A stretch of DNA of 62,695 nucleotides, the filler included, from Chiloscyllium plagiosum (lineage: Eukaryota), in NCBI RefSeq assembly GCF_004010195.1. It is 4 parts of one record of this genome, joined end to end, with 100 filler letters (N's around TTAATTAATTAA, not from the genome) between each part and the next. Parts side by side here need not be neighbours in the genome. Positions count along the whole stretch, not along the records: positions 22,027 to 44,784 come from NC_057713.1; 3 more parts are not named here. One strand, written 5' to 3'. Positions within the stretch are counted from its first letter, which is position 1. Each line of letters starts with the position of its first letter. The position numbers were made by a program, and so were the translations under genes. This document shows positions 25,391 through 38,650 of this stretch, piece after piece. The notes under the pieces were generated by a model. That model ran no database searches. It saw only the letters and a list, made by a program, of their open reading frames with translations, and was not told where the DNA came from.

Positions 25391-28300
25391 GGTACGGGAT
25401 GAGGTACATAGGTTAGGTGCAAAACTGGGAGCAAGGTCCAATCAGATATTGAAAGAATGTGAGGACCGACCTACAGAAGTTGTACACAGTAGACAATCCA
25501 GAAGGAATAAGCAGGATAACATACATGGAAGGCACAAAAAGTTAAATTTTAATTCTATTTTAATGCAAGAAGCTTAAATGGTAAAACGGATGAACTTAGA
25601 CCGTTAATCAGCACGTGGGAATATGATATTGTCGCAATCACTGAGACATGGAAGGACAGAACCGGCAGTTTAAATTTCCAGGGTATAGTAATTTCAAGCA
25701 TGATGAGGGGGATTAGGAGAGGTTTGGGCAATGCATCAGTAATAAAGGAAACTATCACTGCAGTAATCGGGGGAATTATCCTTGAAGGTTCTTCAAATGG
25801 TGCCATCTGGGTAGAGCTTAGAAATAAAAAAGGAGCGGTGACTTTGCTGTGATTATACTACAGGCCTTTCAACTGTCAGAGGGAGATAGAGGAGCAGATA
25901 TATGGGCAAATCACAGAAAGGTATGAGAAAAAAGGATTACACTTGGAGGGGATTTCAACTTTGCTAACATGAACTGGGATCACCTGCGTGTGAAAGGATT
26001 AGATGAGGTGAAATTTCTAATGTGCACCCAGGAGAACTTTTAATGCCAGTCTGTAAGACCCTGCTGCACCCCCCTCACCGGACACCCTGCATTTCGCCTA
26101 TCAACCCAACCACTCAACAGATTATGCTGTTTCCACCACCCTCCATCTGGCCCTCATCCACCCTGGAGAAGAAGGACACTTATGTCAGACCACTGTGTTC
26201 ATAGACTTCAGTTCTGCATTTAACGCTATCATTCCTCAGCTGAATCTGCTGGGCCTAAAGACCTCCCTTTGTAACTGGATCCTGGACTTCCTGACTGGGA
26301 GACCTCAGACAGTCTGAATTGGGAACAGCATCTCCAACAGCATCACGGTGCCCGCCCCAGGACTGTGTGCTCAGTCCACTGCTGTTCACCTGACTGTGCA
26401 GCAATGCAAAGCTCGAATCGCATCATCAAGTTCACTGATGATATGACTGTAGTGGGTCTCGTCAGCATGAATGACGAGTCAGCATACAGAGAGGGGTTGC
26501 AGCGGTTAGTGAACTGGTGCAGAGCCAATAACCTGTTTCTGAACATGGACAAGATGAAAGAGATGGTTGTTGACTTCAGAAGGGCACAGAGCAACCACTC
26601 TCCACTGGACATCGGCACCTCCCCAGCAGAGATCGTGAAGAGCACCAAATTTCTTGATGGAAAATCTCACCTAGTCCCTCAACACCAGCTCCATAGCCAA
26701 GAAAAAACAGCAGCATCTCTATTTTCTGTGCAGGTTGACAAAAGCCAACCTCCCATTCCCTATCCTCATCACATTCTACAGAGGGTTCATTGAAAGTACC
26801 CTGAGCTGCTGCATCACTGCCTGGTTCAGGAAATGTACCGTCTTGGATTGTAAGACCCTACAATGGATAGTGAGGACAGCTGAGAAGATTATCAGGGTCT
26901 CTCTTCCCTCCATTACAGACATTTACACCACACACTGTATCTGAAAGGCTAAGAACATTGTGGAAGATCACACAAACCTCTCACTCAAACTCTTCTCCCT
27001 CCTGCCATCTGGCAGAAGATACTGGAGCATTTGGTCTCACAACAGGACTGTGCAACAGTTTCTTCCCCCAAGCCATCAGGCCTCTTAGCACAGTATGATC
27101 GGATTCTTTCCTGTCTGAAATTTTTTGTATGACTTCAAATTGCTGCTAGAAAAATGTCTATTATTTAACATTCTTCTGTTACTCTGTAATTTGTGTGTTT
27201 TGCACTTCTTATGTACTTTATGCCATGTATGATTGTGTGGTTTGTGCTGTCCGTGTAGTACCCTCTGTCCTGGAGGAACACTGTCTCATTTTTACTGTAT
27301 CAATTGTATATGGTAGAAGTGGCAAATAAAAGCTACTCTACTCTACTCTTTACTCTACTAGATAATCCCACTTGAGATGGGACAGTGTCAGACCAAATCC
27401 TTGATATGAAACCAGTCAAATAGTTCAAGTTACAGTGAGCAAGCATTTTAGACATAGTGACTGTAACGCTGTAAATTTCAAAATCATTATGGAAAAGGAT
27501 AAGGATAGTGCAGAAATTAAATACCTAAACTGGGGAAAGGCCAATTATGATATAATTAAAAAGTATCTGGCAAAGATAGATTAAGAGCAGTTAGTCACAG
27601 GTAGTTCTACATTTGGAAAGAGAGAGATTTCTTTAAGTAGTAGAGTGAGAAATCAGGGACAGGAGGTTCCTCTATGTGAAGATCAAGAGCAGCAAATCTA
27701 AGGAACTCGTCAATATATAGCATCTGATAGTAAAAAATAAGGAAGCATATGTCAGATACAGTATATTAAAAAAAAAGGAATTTGCTTAAAAAATAAATGT
27801 GAAGGGCACAAAGGAGTCAGAAAATATCTTTGCCAGATAGTATCGAGGTAAACCCCAAAGATTTTCATAAATATATGAAGAGTAAAAGGATTATTCCTCA
27901 GGAAAGATTGGGACCTATCACAGACCCATATAGCAACCTGAGCTTATGCTAGTGGATCTGGATGATGTCTTAGATGAAAACTTCCCATTTGTGTTCATAG
28001 AAATACATAGTTGTCAGGGATCGGGATGGTAAAGTTCGAAAACATGTTAAGGTTAAGGAGGAGATAGGAGATGTTCCAGTGGGCACAAAGGTGCATACAT
28101 CTCCAGGGCCTGATGAGGTATAATCATCCCAGATTGCAATGGGGAGAGAGGGAAGAGATTGATGGGCCACAGCGAGATAATAACTATTATGGTTCCTTTG
28201 TTTAAAAAGTACAGTAGGAATTGGCCAGTTATTTACAGACCAGCTAATCTGAGACCAAGAGTAAGGAAATTTTTGGAAAAAAATTCTGAGAGACACAATT

Positions 28301-28610
28301 AATCAACAATTGGAAAGGTGGAGATTGATTAGCGACAATCAGTATGAATTTATTAGAGGGAGATCCTGTCTGACTAATTTAATTGAGTTTAATGAAATGG
28401 TGACTAAATGTTATGATGAGGGTTGGACAATTGACGTAGATTTCAGTCAGGCCTTTTCCAATGTTCCTGTGCCAAAGGTAAGGGCCTTGGGATCTAACTT
28501 GGCAACTTGGCAAGCTGGATTGAAATTTGATTTGCAAACATGAAGCAAAAGGCGATGGTGAAGGGTTGATGTTGTAATTGGAGCCTGTGACCAGTGGTGT
28601 CAGTTGTAAG
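25390..28610 (+). mobile_element. Decayed CR1 ORF2 (EN to RT) interrupted by a Rex1-like LINE
   Basis: YDIVAITETW near 25620 and NQYEFIRGRSCLTNLIEF in ORF 28310-28543. Confidence 0.8.
26020..27360 (+). mobile_element. Rex1/Rex-Babar-like LINE, 3' half
   Basis: IIKFTDDMTVVGLVS.NDESAYR..LQRLVNWC.ANNL.LN..K.KEMVVDFRR and FYRG.IESTLSCCITAWF; (ctact)n tail. Confidence 0.88.
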
Positions 28611-28614
28611 ATCC

Positions 28615-29476
28615 TCAATCACCCATGAGATCCCTGGCAATTGCATCAATGCCTGAGGTCTAGCTCTGCACTTGGTAACCTTTTGGAACTAAACCGCGAT
28701 CAAATCCACCCCTCAACCTCCTCTGTTCCAGGGAAAACAAATCTAACCTGTTTCTCCTCATAACTGAGACTTTCCACCCCAGGCAAACAACCTAGTGAGT
28801 CTCCTTTGCACCCTCTCCAGTGCAATCACATCCTTCCAAACGTGTGGCAACCATATCTGCACACAGTATTCCATCTGTAGCTTTACCAATTTTTTATGAA
28901 GTTGTAACAAGACATTTTTAGCTCTTATATTCTACATATCAGCTAGTGAAAGCAAGTATTCGGTATGTCTTCTTCACTATCTTGTCGGCCTGTGCTGACA
29001 CCTTCAGGTATTTAAGTACACAAAAATCCCTTTGATCGCCAATACTGCTTAGGGACATGCATTCTGTATATTCATCCCTTCTTAAACCTCTCAAAATGCA
29101 TCACTTAATTAGATTAGATTACTTTACAGTGTGGAAACAGGCCCTTCGGCCCAACAAGTCCACACCGACCCGCCGAAGCGCAAACCACCCATACCTCTAC
29201 ATTTACCCCGTACCTAGCACTATGGACAATTTAACATGGCCAATTCACCTGACCTGCACATCTTTGGACTGTGGGAAGAAACCGGAGCATCCGGAGGAAA
29301 CCCACGCAGACACGGAGAGAATGTGCAAACTCCACACAGTCAGTCGTCTGAGGCGGGAATTGAACCCAGGTCTCCGGCGCTGTGCTAACCACTGTGCCAC
29401 CGTGCGGCCCACTTATTATTATCGGGATTAAATTCCATCTGTCATTGATTTGCCCAATTTACCAACTGATCAATAT
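28615..29476 (-). mobile_element. CR1 3' part, host of the SINE and LTR insertions; continues at 39361-39790
   Basis: ...ccaactgatcaATAT | ATATcgaaccacaacttgag... reads as continuous CR1 RT antisense across the LTR element. Confidence 0.8.
29110..29411 (-). mobile_element. Young HE1-like V-SINE
   Basis: Same family as 10677-10996, with CpGs retained. Confidence 0.9.
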
Positions 29477-29593
29477 TCTCTGGCGCTGTGAGGCAGCAGT
29501 GCTAACCACTGTGCCACCGTGCCGCCCACTTATTATTATCGGGATTAAATTCCATCTGTCATTGATTTGCCCAATTTACCAACTGATCAATAT
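29371..29593. repeat. Tandem duplication (106 bp + 117 bp) of SINE head plus CR1 flank
   Basis: 29371-29476 and 29477-29593 are near-identical; the first copy lacks aggcagcagtg. Confidence 0.92.
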
Positions 29594-30319
29594 TGTTACG
29601 ACACAAGGTAAACCCCTCTACTAATTTAAACCAGCCACACAGAAAAAGTTCACCTCATGCCATAATCTGTTGAAATTCGAAAGACCAAGAATTATCCCAG
29701 AGGTCACTATTTGAAGTAAAAATTAACAATTTTATTCTTTAAGTCAAACAGAGAATATTAAAACTATCTACAACTCCTTTCTCTTCAACCTATCTTTTAC
29801 CTCCCACTTTACAATACTAGTCTGATAAAAAATGCTGATTAAGATTTACAAAAAAAAAAATCACATTTCAAAAACCAGTCAGCTTTGTCTATTCTCCGTT
29901 ATATATTTTCCTCTCGATTTTCTCTAGGTCAGTTTCAATGTTCTGCTGTGCAAGCTTCTCATAGACAGGTATCTTTCAGAGAGCTTTTCAACTAGCAATC
30001 TATATTTGTGGATGTCCTTGGCAGTTATCCTTCTAACTGTTCAAAATGTCCACTTTTATACCCAAAAGCATCAGATCATTTCATTGTTTTTCATATTATC
30101 AAAATACTAAGATCTAATTTGATTGGAGTTTGGTATATTGGGGTATAAAGTAAACTGAATGGCCGAATTTGATTTTGTTTTTGTTTCATGGCAACACATC
30201 TGCAGCTATTCGTTTCAACCAAATGTTACATTGTTAATTTATTCAGGATCCTTTGTGCTTTTTCAGTCCTTGCTAGCTTTTCAACTCTCTTAAAGGTACA
30301 CCTCTACACCTTCATAACT
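29594..30319 (-). repeat. 3' LTR
   Basis: Homologous over its length to 38651-39360; polypurine tract (minus strand aagataggagg) adjacent at about 30320-30331. Confidence 0.9.
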
Positions 30320-31524
30320 CCTCCTATCTTAAGAAAAAAGAACCATCACAATGAAAAGATGGCTTAATTTTTTGTTTCTAATCCTTATGTCCTTACGACC
30401 CACAACATGTATGATATGTAAATTAAAGGTCTGTAACGTAAGACTCCAACAAAATAAGTTCATGTTCTTGTCCTTATAGCGTTCCAAGAATGTAAGAAGA
30501 TTGTGAGCCGTGTACACAACTGTCTCCAACAGATAGTTCATGACATATACGTGAAAATGTTATAAGGCCAGTACCAAGCTCAATAGTTCTTTTTTGATCA
30601 TGGAGTATGTTGAGTTTCTTGGAAAAGTAACCAACTGGCAGTTCAATCGCATCCTCATCTTTCTGAAAAAGTGCAGCTCCAACTCTTATGTCACTAGCAT
30701 CGATGACAACTTTGAAAGGTTTTGATAAGTTCGGTGGAGCTAAAACTGGTTTGTGGTTAATATGGCTTTGAAATGGTTGAATGCCTCTGGCATTGTTCTG
30801 TCCACCAAAACTTTGTGTTCTCCTTCAGCAAATCAGATAACGGTGCCACTACACTGCTGAAGTTTGAATCAAACTTCTGATAGAATCCTTTAGCCCCAAG
30901 AATCAAAGCACTTCTTTCTTTGAGGTTGATTGTGGAAATTCCTTGATGACTTTTGTCTTTGCATTCTGTGGGGTCAATTTTCTATAACCAATGTTATGTA
31001 CCAACCTCTGCTTGTATGAATTTGGTTTTGTTTAAGTTTATTACCAGTTTTTGCTTCAATGAGCTCTGCCACCCATACCAGGTGATCTCTCCAGGATTAC
31101 TAAAGATCACTACATCGTCCAAATAGACTGCACGGTTTATTAACCCAGCCACAATGCAGTTTTTGAGTCTTTGGGATGTGGAGGGTGTGTTCTTCATTCC
31201 AAAGGGCATCACTTTGAATTGATATTGCCCATATGGGAAATGAAGACATTTCCTTCACCGTCACTGATAAAGGTACCTGCCAGTCAGCACTCATTAAGTC
31301 CAACTTGGTGATGGAACTGGCTTGTCCAACTTTCTCGAAACAGTCCTCCAATCTTGGAATTGGATATGAGTCCAATTTTATAACAGCGTTGACCTCCCAA
31401 TAATTCATACAAAATCGCTGAGTCCCATCTAGTTTGGGAACTAAGACGATTGGTGAACTCCACTCACGTTGGCTAGGTTCAATGATATCCTCGGTGAGCA
31501 TGGCCTCTGCCTCCTTTTGGAATT

Positions 31525-31587
31525 CAGCAAAAGTGAGGACTGCAGATGCTGGAAACCAGACTCTAGATTAGAGTAGTGCTGGAAAAG
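31525..31587 (-). mobile_element. Family A terminal fragment nested in the LTR element
   Basis: aaagtgaggactgcagatgctggaaaccagactctagattagagtagtgctggaaaag is absent from the homologous position (about 35020) of the other unit. Confidence 0.8.
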
Positions 31588-34397
31588 TCCTTCTGGACTT
31601 GTCTGGCTGTGAAAGGATTAAGCCGGGGGTGGGGGTGGGGGTATGTTTTATTGGAGCAGTATTCCCTATGTCTACTTCATGCACAATAGCATTAGTCCTC
31701 CCCATTTGATTCTTACATATATCCTCGTACTGCAGTAACAATCCTTTCAACTGTGAATATGTTCCTGAGAGAGATAGTTGATTAACCTATCCCACTCCTC
31801 AAGGACCTCTTCATTTTTTAAAATCTTTTGAGGCACATCAAAATCCACATCATCTGGATTTGATTCTTCACTCTGCGGGGCAGTAACTAACACCTGTTTG
31901 TCCAATACTTTCTCTCTCCTAGTTCTCTTGACGGAACAAATATAGTCATTTATAATCTGCATGAAAGGTTCTACAAATGCAGGAGTCGGCAACAAAGGTG
32001 TTGGTTTTATTACCACCTGTGGCTTACCTACCATTTGGCACATATGATACGTATGGCAAAAGTTAAACACATCCTTGTGCATTCCAGGTCATTAAAAATG
32101 TTTTTGAATCTTAGGCTGAGTCTTTCATGACCTCTTACAGGTAGTTTATGTGCTACCTGTAACATCTCCTGTCTGTATGATACTGGTAACACAATCTGGT
32201 GCACTTCAGCCCATTTCTCCTCAGCACTAAGCTGCCTTGGTCTCCATTTCCACCTTTGGATTCTATCTTTCATATACTAACCCTCAGGAATATTCTCTGC
32301 CTCCTTTTCGGAGTACCCATCCACCCATATATATTTTATCATCTTATCTTTCTGTTGCAAGTCCCTTAGCCTTTCAGGTTAAACATTTCTGTCTGACCCT
32401 CTGCCTGTTCAGGTTTTTCCTGCATCATTACATCAAAGAGGGTGTCTGCTAATGGAATCTCAACTCCTTCACCTCTGTCTTTAGTTTTTGCTTTGTGCTG
32501 TAACATATGATAGTGGGATCTGGTTACTACCCAGTCTGGGAAACTACCAGGATATTTTTGTTTTAACTCCTCAGTTTCTTGGTCTTCCTTGATTTCTCCA
32601 CAACATGGGATCCCAATGTTAATTCCCCAGTCTTGAGTTGTCACTCCAACGTGATCTCATGTAGGAGAACGCTAAATTTCTGTCCATCTATCCCACAAAT
32701 TACCACCTTTTCAAGTAACAGGTCAGAAAAAGTGCAAATTTGCTCATCTCTTACATTTAGAGACTGGTTAGATCATGTATCTCTCAAAATTATAACTTCT
32801 TGTCCTTCTCTCTGAGTAAGCTTGACCCACAGAAGTGAATTCTTGATAGAGATCAGGTACTAACTGAATACGCAGCCCCTGCCTAGGCTTCCACTGCCCT
32901 GCAGCTCCTCAGCTCTTCTTTGGGTTTCTTTGCTACTTTCACTAATGCCATTGACTTAGCTTTTTTTACCACATCTTTTCCCACAGTGCCTTTAACGACC
33001 AGCACTGTAACTTTATATGTCCCACTTTGCTATAGTGCAAATACCTGAGGCCTTTTGCCTCTTTTCCACTGTCTTGGGCTTCTTTTTTAACCTGTGGGAA
33101 ACATTTACCAATGTTCTCTGCGTTTTCTTTCATAGTGTAGGATCTCCTCTTCTCCCAACTTCTAGCCCTCAAAGAACAAAATTCTAGCTGGAAACTTGTC
33201 TTATGCACATGTGTTCATCTGCTAATTCTACATCCCATCTCACTTCCTGAACTTTCTGTTCCTCCATGTGAATTCTTATAATCTCTGGAAGTGAGCGTCT
33301 AAATTCCTCCAGTAGAATAATCTCTCTTTGAGCCTCATAGGTCCTATCTATCTTTAAAACCCACATTCATCTATCAAAATGACTATGTTTACTTCTTTTG
33401 AACTCAACATAAGTCTGACTTGGTTCCTTCTTTGTTTTTCAATCGCTGTCTATATGCTTCAGGTAAAAATTCCAAAGCACTTAAATAGCCTGTTTGAACC
33501 TTTTCATAATCTCTCGGCCGCTCATCTGACAGCACTGCAAATATCTCACTAGCTCTGCCTACCAGTTTAGTTGAACTAGCATTACCTATAAATCCTCGGA
33601 CCACTCCATCTGCTGAGCCAATTTTTCAAATGAATACAGAAGGCTTCAACATTTTTCTCATCAAGATGTGGCAGGGTTTTGACATAGTTGTATATATCAC
33701 TACCTTCTCTGTTAATATCAATCCTGTTAACTTGACTTTGCTGACTAAGTCGCAACTTCTCAAGTTCAAATTCTTTTTGCTCAGCTAAGAACCTTCTCTC
33801 TCTTTTTTGTTCCTTTCTCTCTCTCTTTATCTCTTTCCTTTCTCTTTGCTCAGTTAAGGACCTTCTCTCGCTTCCTTTTTTTCTCTCTCTTTCTCTCTTT
33901 TTCTTTATTGTCTCTGGCTTTCTCTTTCTCTCTCACTTCGTTTATCTTCTAACTCTATTTTCCTCAATTGTAATTTAAGTTTTTCTAACTCTACCGCACT
34001 TGTCTGTTTCTCTGACATACCTAAGTGCTGAAGTAATTCCCTTACAATTTCTGCTCTACTCTTGTCCTTGGTTAAACCCAAATCTAACTCCTTTGCTAAT
34101 TCTAAAAGTGTGGCCTTTTTCTTTCCTTCTAAATTTTCTTGGCAAATTTGAATATTATCTTCAATACCCAGAACCTCTTTAGCAATTTTAAGAGCCATTT
34201 CTCTCATTTTTCATTTAACCAATCACAAATCACCAAAATTAAACAGATGGTCTCACCTACGTTTTATTTAAAGTTCTAGGACACTAGTCTACAAAGGGCT
34301 ACTGGGCTTTTTCATACCCCTAATCTATTCAAATCTGTCCAAATCTCTGACTGGATCTCTCTGAGTCTGTTCCAATCACAGACGAAAAATCCCAAAC

Positions 34398-34847
34398 TGT
34401 TCAAATCCCACTTTTACGACATGGGATAAACCCCTCTGCTAATTTAAACCTAACAGAAAAAAAGTTCACGTCACGCCGTAATCTGTTAAAATTCAAGAGG
34501 CAAAGAACTATCCCAGAGGTCAATATTTAAAGTAAAAATTAACAATCTTATTCGTTAAGTCCAACAGAGAATATTAAAACTAACGACTATTTACAACTTT
34601 TCTCTCTTAAACCTTTTTTTAAACCCCCAACTCAACAACACGGGTCCAATAAAAATTCCCTGATTAAGATTTGCAAAAAAAGAATCACGTTTCAAAACCA
34701 GGCAGCTTTGTCGATTGTCTTTTATAGATTTTCCTCTGTAGACTTCTCTCTTGACCAGCTTCGATGTTCTACTGCACAAACTTCTTATAGACATGTACCT
34801 TTCAGAGAGCTGTTCTTCTGGCACTCTGTACATGGTGGCTTGGCAGT
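34398..34847 (-). repeat. Middle shared LTR, truncated
   Basis: Aligns to the other LTRs up to ttggcagt, then switches to RT sequence cagtcctccaatc. Confidence 0.88.
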
Positions 34848-37800
34848 CCTCCAATCTCGGTGTTGGGTATGGGTTGGATTTTGTAAGGACATTGTCCTTC
34901 CAATAATCCGCACAGAATTGTTGAGTCCCATCCAGTTTGGAAACTAAGGCGATCAGCGATCTCCACTCACTCTGGCTCGGTTCGATGATATCATCATTGA
35001 GCATGACCTCCACCTCCTACTGGATCTGTCTGGCTTTGAAAGGATTAAGCCGATATGGGTGCTGATTTATCGGAGAAGTATTCCCTATGTCTACTTTAGT
35101 CCTCCCCATCTGATTCTTACATATGTCCCCCTACTGCAGTAACAGTCCTTTCAACTGCATTCTATGCTCCTGAGACAGATAATTTGATAAGCTATCCCAC
35201 TCCTCAAGGACTTCTTCATTTTTTAACATATTTTGAGGTACATCAAAATATCTGGATTTAATTCCTCACTCTGTGGGGCAGTAACTAACAGGTGTTTCTC
35301 CAGTTCTTTCTCTTTAGTATAATGTGGTTTCAACATGATCACATGACATACCCGATACTGTTTTTTTTCCTATCTGGCATCTTTAGAAAATAGTTCATCT
35401 GAATCAACTTTTTCTCAATTTGATAGGGACCACTAAACCTGGCTTTGAAGAGCTCTCCTATCACTGGTAACAGTAGTAACACATTATCCATTTGGGAAAA
35501 CGTCCGAGTCTCAGAGCTTTTGTCTGCCACTTGCTTCATTCTATGCTGCGCCCTTTTTAGGTGCTGTTTAGCTAACTCAACTACTTGATTTTATCTCTCC
35601 CTCGCCTTCAATACATAATCTAACTGTGAGATCCTGTCAACTTTTCTTTAATTAATTTCAAAGGGTCTCTCACTTCATGCCTGAATATTGACTCGAAGGA
35701 AGTGAACTGAGTAGATATGTTTGGGGTCTCTCTAATGGCAAACAATACGAACAGGATACCTTTATCCCAACCATTCGGGTAACCCTGACAGTATGCTATT
35801 AACATGGTCTTCAAGGTATGCTGCCACCTCGCTAAAAGTCCCTGGGATTTTAGATGATACCCACTGGATTTAAGGTGCTATATACCTAAGCTATCCGTAA
35901 CCTCCTTAAACAGCTGAGCAGTAAAGTTTGACCCTTGGTCTGACTGAATCTCTCTGGGTAGTCTATACCATGGGAAGAAAGCTACTAACTCCTCTACCAC
36001 CCTTTTTGCCTTGATACTCCATAATGGAACTGCCTCTGGAAATCTGGTAGACACATCCATTATAGTTAACAAGTACTGGTTCCCACTTTTAGTTCTTCAG
36101 AGGGGACCTACACAATCAATTATATTCTGCATGAAAGATTCTTCAAACGTGGGAATTGGCAACAAAGGTGCTGGTTTTATTATCGCCTGAGGCTTACCTA
36201 CCATTTGGCATGTATGACACGTACGGCAATAGTTAACTACATCCTTGTGCATTCCAGGCCAATGGAAATGGTTTTGTTCCTTAGCCTGAGTCTTTCATAC
36301 CTCTAGGTGACCTCTCATAGGTACCCATAATACTTCTTGTCTGTGTGTTACTGGCAACACATTGATGCACTTCGTCCCATTTCTCCTCTGCACTAACCTG
36401 CCATGGTCACTGTTTCTGTTTTAGGATTCTATCTTTCAGATAATAATCCTCAGGAATATTCACTGCCTTCTTTTCAGAATTCACATCCACATATATATCT
36501 TTTATTGTCTTGTCTTTCTTCTGCAAGTCTCTTGGCCTTTCGGCACTAAACAATTCTGTCTGACCCTCTGACTGTTCAGGTTTATCCTGCACCATTACAT
36601 CAAACAGGGTATACACTAACCGAACCTTAACTCTTTCATCATTCTCTTCATGCTGCATGCTGTGACTTATGATAGTCAGATCTGATTACTACAGAGTCTG
36701 GGAAAATACCAGGATATTTCTGTTTTAACTCCTCAGTTTCTTGGGCTTCCTTGGGCTTCTCCACAACATGGGGTGTCACTTCCACTTGGATCCTACTAAA
36801 TCATTCCCAAGAACAAATTGAATTCCTGGAACTGATACTCTGTTAACCATTACCGCTGTTACTTTCCCAGTTGACACTCTAACCTGATCTTACATGGGGA
36901 ACAGTAAATTTCTTCCATCTATCCCACAAATTACCACCTGCTCAGGTAACAGATCAGAAAGTGTGAAATGCATTCATCTCTTACTATTAGAAGACTGGTT
37001 AGATCCTGTATCTCTCAAAATTATAACATCTTGTCCTTCCCTCCCTGTTGTCTCTGAGTAAACTTTACCCACAGAGGCTAATTCTTTAGAGAGACCAGGT
37101 ACTAACCCTGCCTAGGCTGTGCACTCTCCTGCAGTTCCTCGGCTCTTCTTGTGGTTTTCGATACTACTTTGGCTTGGCGTCTTTTACTACATCTTTTCTT
37201 ACAGTACCTTTCTTTAAAGACCAGCACTACGACTTTATGTAACTCACTTTACCACAGTGAAAACACCTGAGGCCTTTCACCTTCTTCTCACCGTCTTGGG
37301 CTTCTTTTTTTAACCTATAGTAAACTCTTCCTACTGTTCTCTACTCTTTCTTTCATAGTGTAGGATCTCCCCTTCTCCCAACTTCTATTCTACACAGGAT
37401 GAATTCTGGCCAGAAGCTCGTCTTATGCACTAATATGTACTCATCCGCTAATTATGCTGTCCTTCTCACTTCCTGAAATTTGTGTTCCTCCACATGACTT
37501 CTTGTCATCTCTGGAAGTGAGTTTTTAAACTCATCCAGCAGAATAATCTCTTAAAGCCTCATAGGTTCTATCTATCTTTAAGGCCAGCACCAATCTATTA
37601 AAATTACAATGTTTAATTCTTTCAAACTCAGTGTGAATCTGACCAGGTTCCTTTTTTATGTTTCTGAATCGCTGTCTATACACTTCTGGTACCAATTCAT
37701 AAGCACTTAAAATAGCCTGTGTGAACTCTCATAATCTCTCGATCCTTCATTTTACAGCACGGCAAATAATCTCACTCGCTCTGCCTACCTGTTGAGTCTG

Positions 37801-38024
37801 AACTTGCATTTCCCAGAAATCGTCAGACCACTCCAATTGCCTAGTCAATTTTTCAAATGAATACAGAAGGCTTCAACATCTTTCTCATCAACTTGTGGCA
37901 GAGTTTTGACACATTTGTATATATCACTACCTTCGCTTTTAATCTCCATCCTGTTAACTTGACTTGGTGACTAAGTCACAACTTCTCAAGTTCAAATTCT
38001 CTCTCTTTTTGCCCAGCTAAGAAC

Positions 38025-38046
38025 CATCTCTCTTTCTTTTTCCTCT

Positions 38047-38077
<31 letters not shown>

Positions 38078-38195
38078 TTCTGTATCCCTTTCTTCTCTCT
38101 CTCTTTGATCAGCTAAGAAGCTTCTTTCTCTCTCTTTTTCCTCTATCTCTCTTCTCTCTCCCTTTCTCTTTCTCGTCTCTCTCTCTCTCCCTTTG
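38025..38195. repeat. (CT/GA)n-rich tract encoding an E/R coiled coil in gag (counterpart 33780-33935)
   Basis: ORF 37976-38206 contains EREREERERERE. Confidence 0.8.
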
Positions 38196-38621
38196 TTTAT
38201 CTTCAAAGTTCATTTTCCTCAATTGTAATTTAAGTTTTTCTAACTCGACTGCATTTGTCTCTTTCTCTGACATGCCTAAGCATTTCAGTAACTCCCTTAC
38301 AATTTCTGCTTTACTCTTGTCCTTGGTTAAGCACAAATCTAACTATTTTGATAATTCTAAAAGTGTGGCCTTTTTCTTTCATTCTAAACTTCCTTGGCAA
38401 ATTTGAAAATTATCTTCAAACCCCAGAACCTCTTTAGCAATTTTAACAGACATTTCTCTAATTTTTAATTTAACCAACCACTGTCACCGATATTAAACAA
38501 ATTGTCTCACGTACATTTTATTTAAAGATCTAGGACATTAATCTGGAAATCTACTGGGCTTTTTTATACTCGCTAATCTATTCAAATCTGCCCAAATGTC
38601 AGACTGGATCTATCTGAACCT

Positions 38622-38648
38622 GTTCAAATTATAGATGAAAGCACCCAA
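38622..38648 (-). promoter_or_regulatory. Degenerate tRNA-Pro primer-binding site (second copy about 34369-34395)
   Basis: Minus strand tgggtgctttcatctataatttgaac and tgggatttttcgtctgtgattggaac versus the tRNA-Pro complement TGGGGGCTCGTCCGGGATTTGAAC. Confidence 0.55.
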
Positions 38649-38650
38649 AC

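Noticed and set aside
37976..38206. E/R-rich ORF as a host coiled-coil protein
   Set aside because: It is the GA-repeat-expanded gag of the LTR element.
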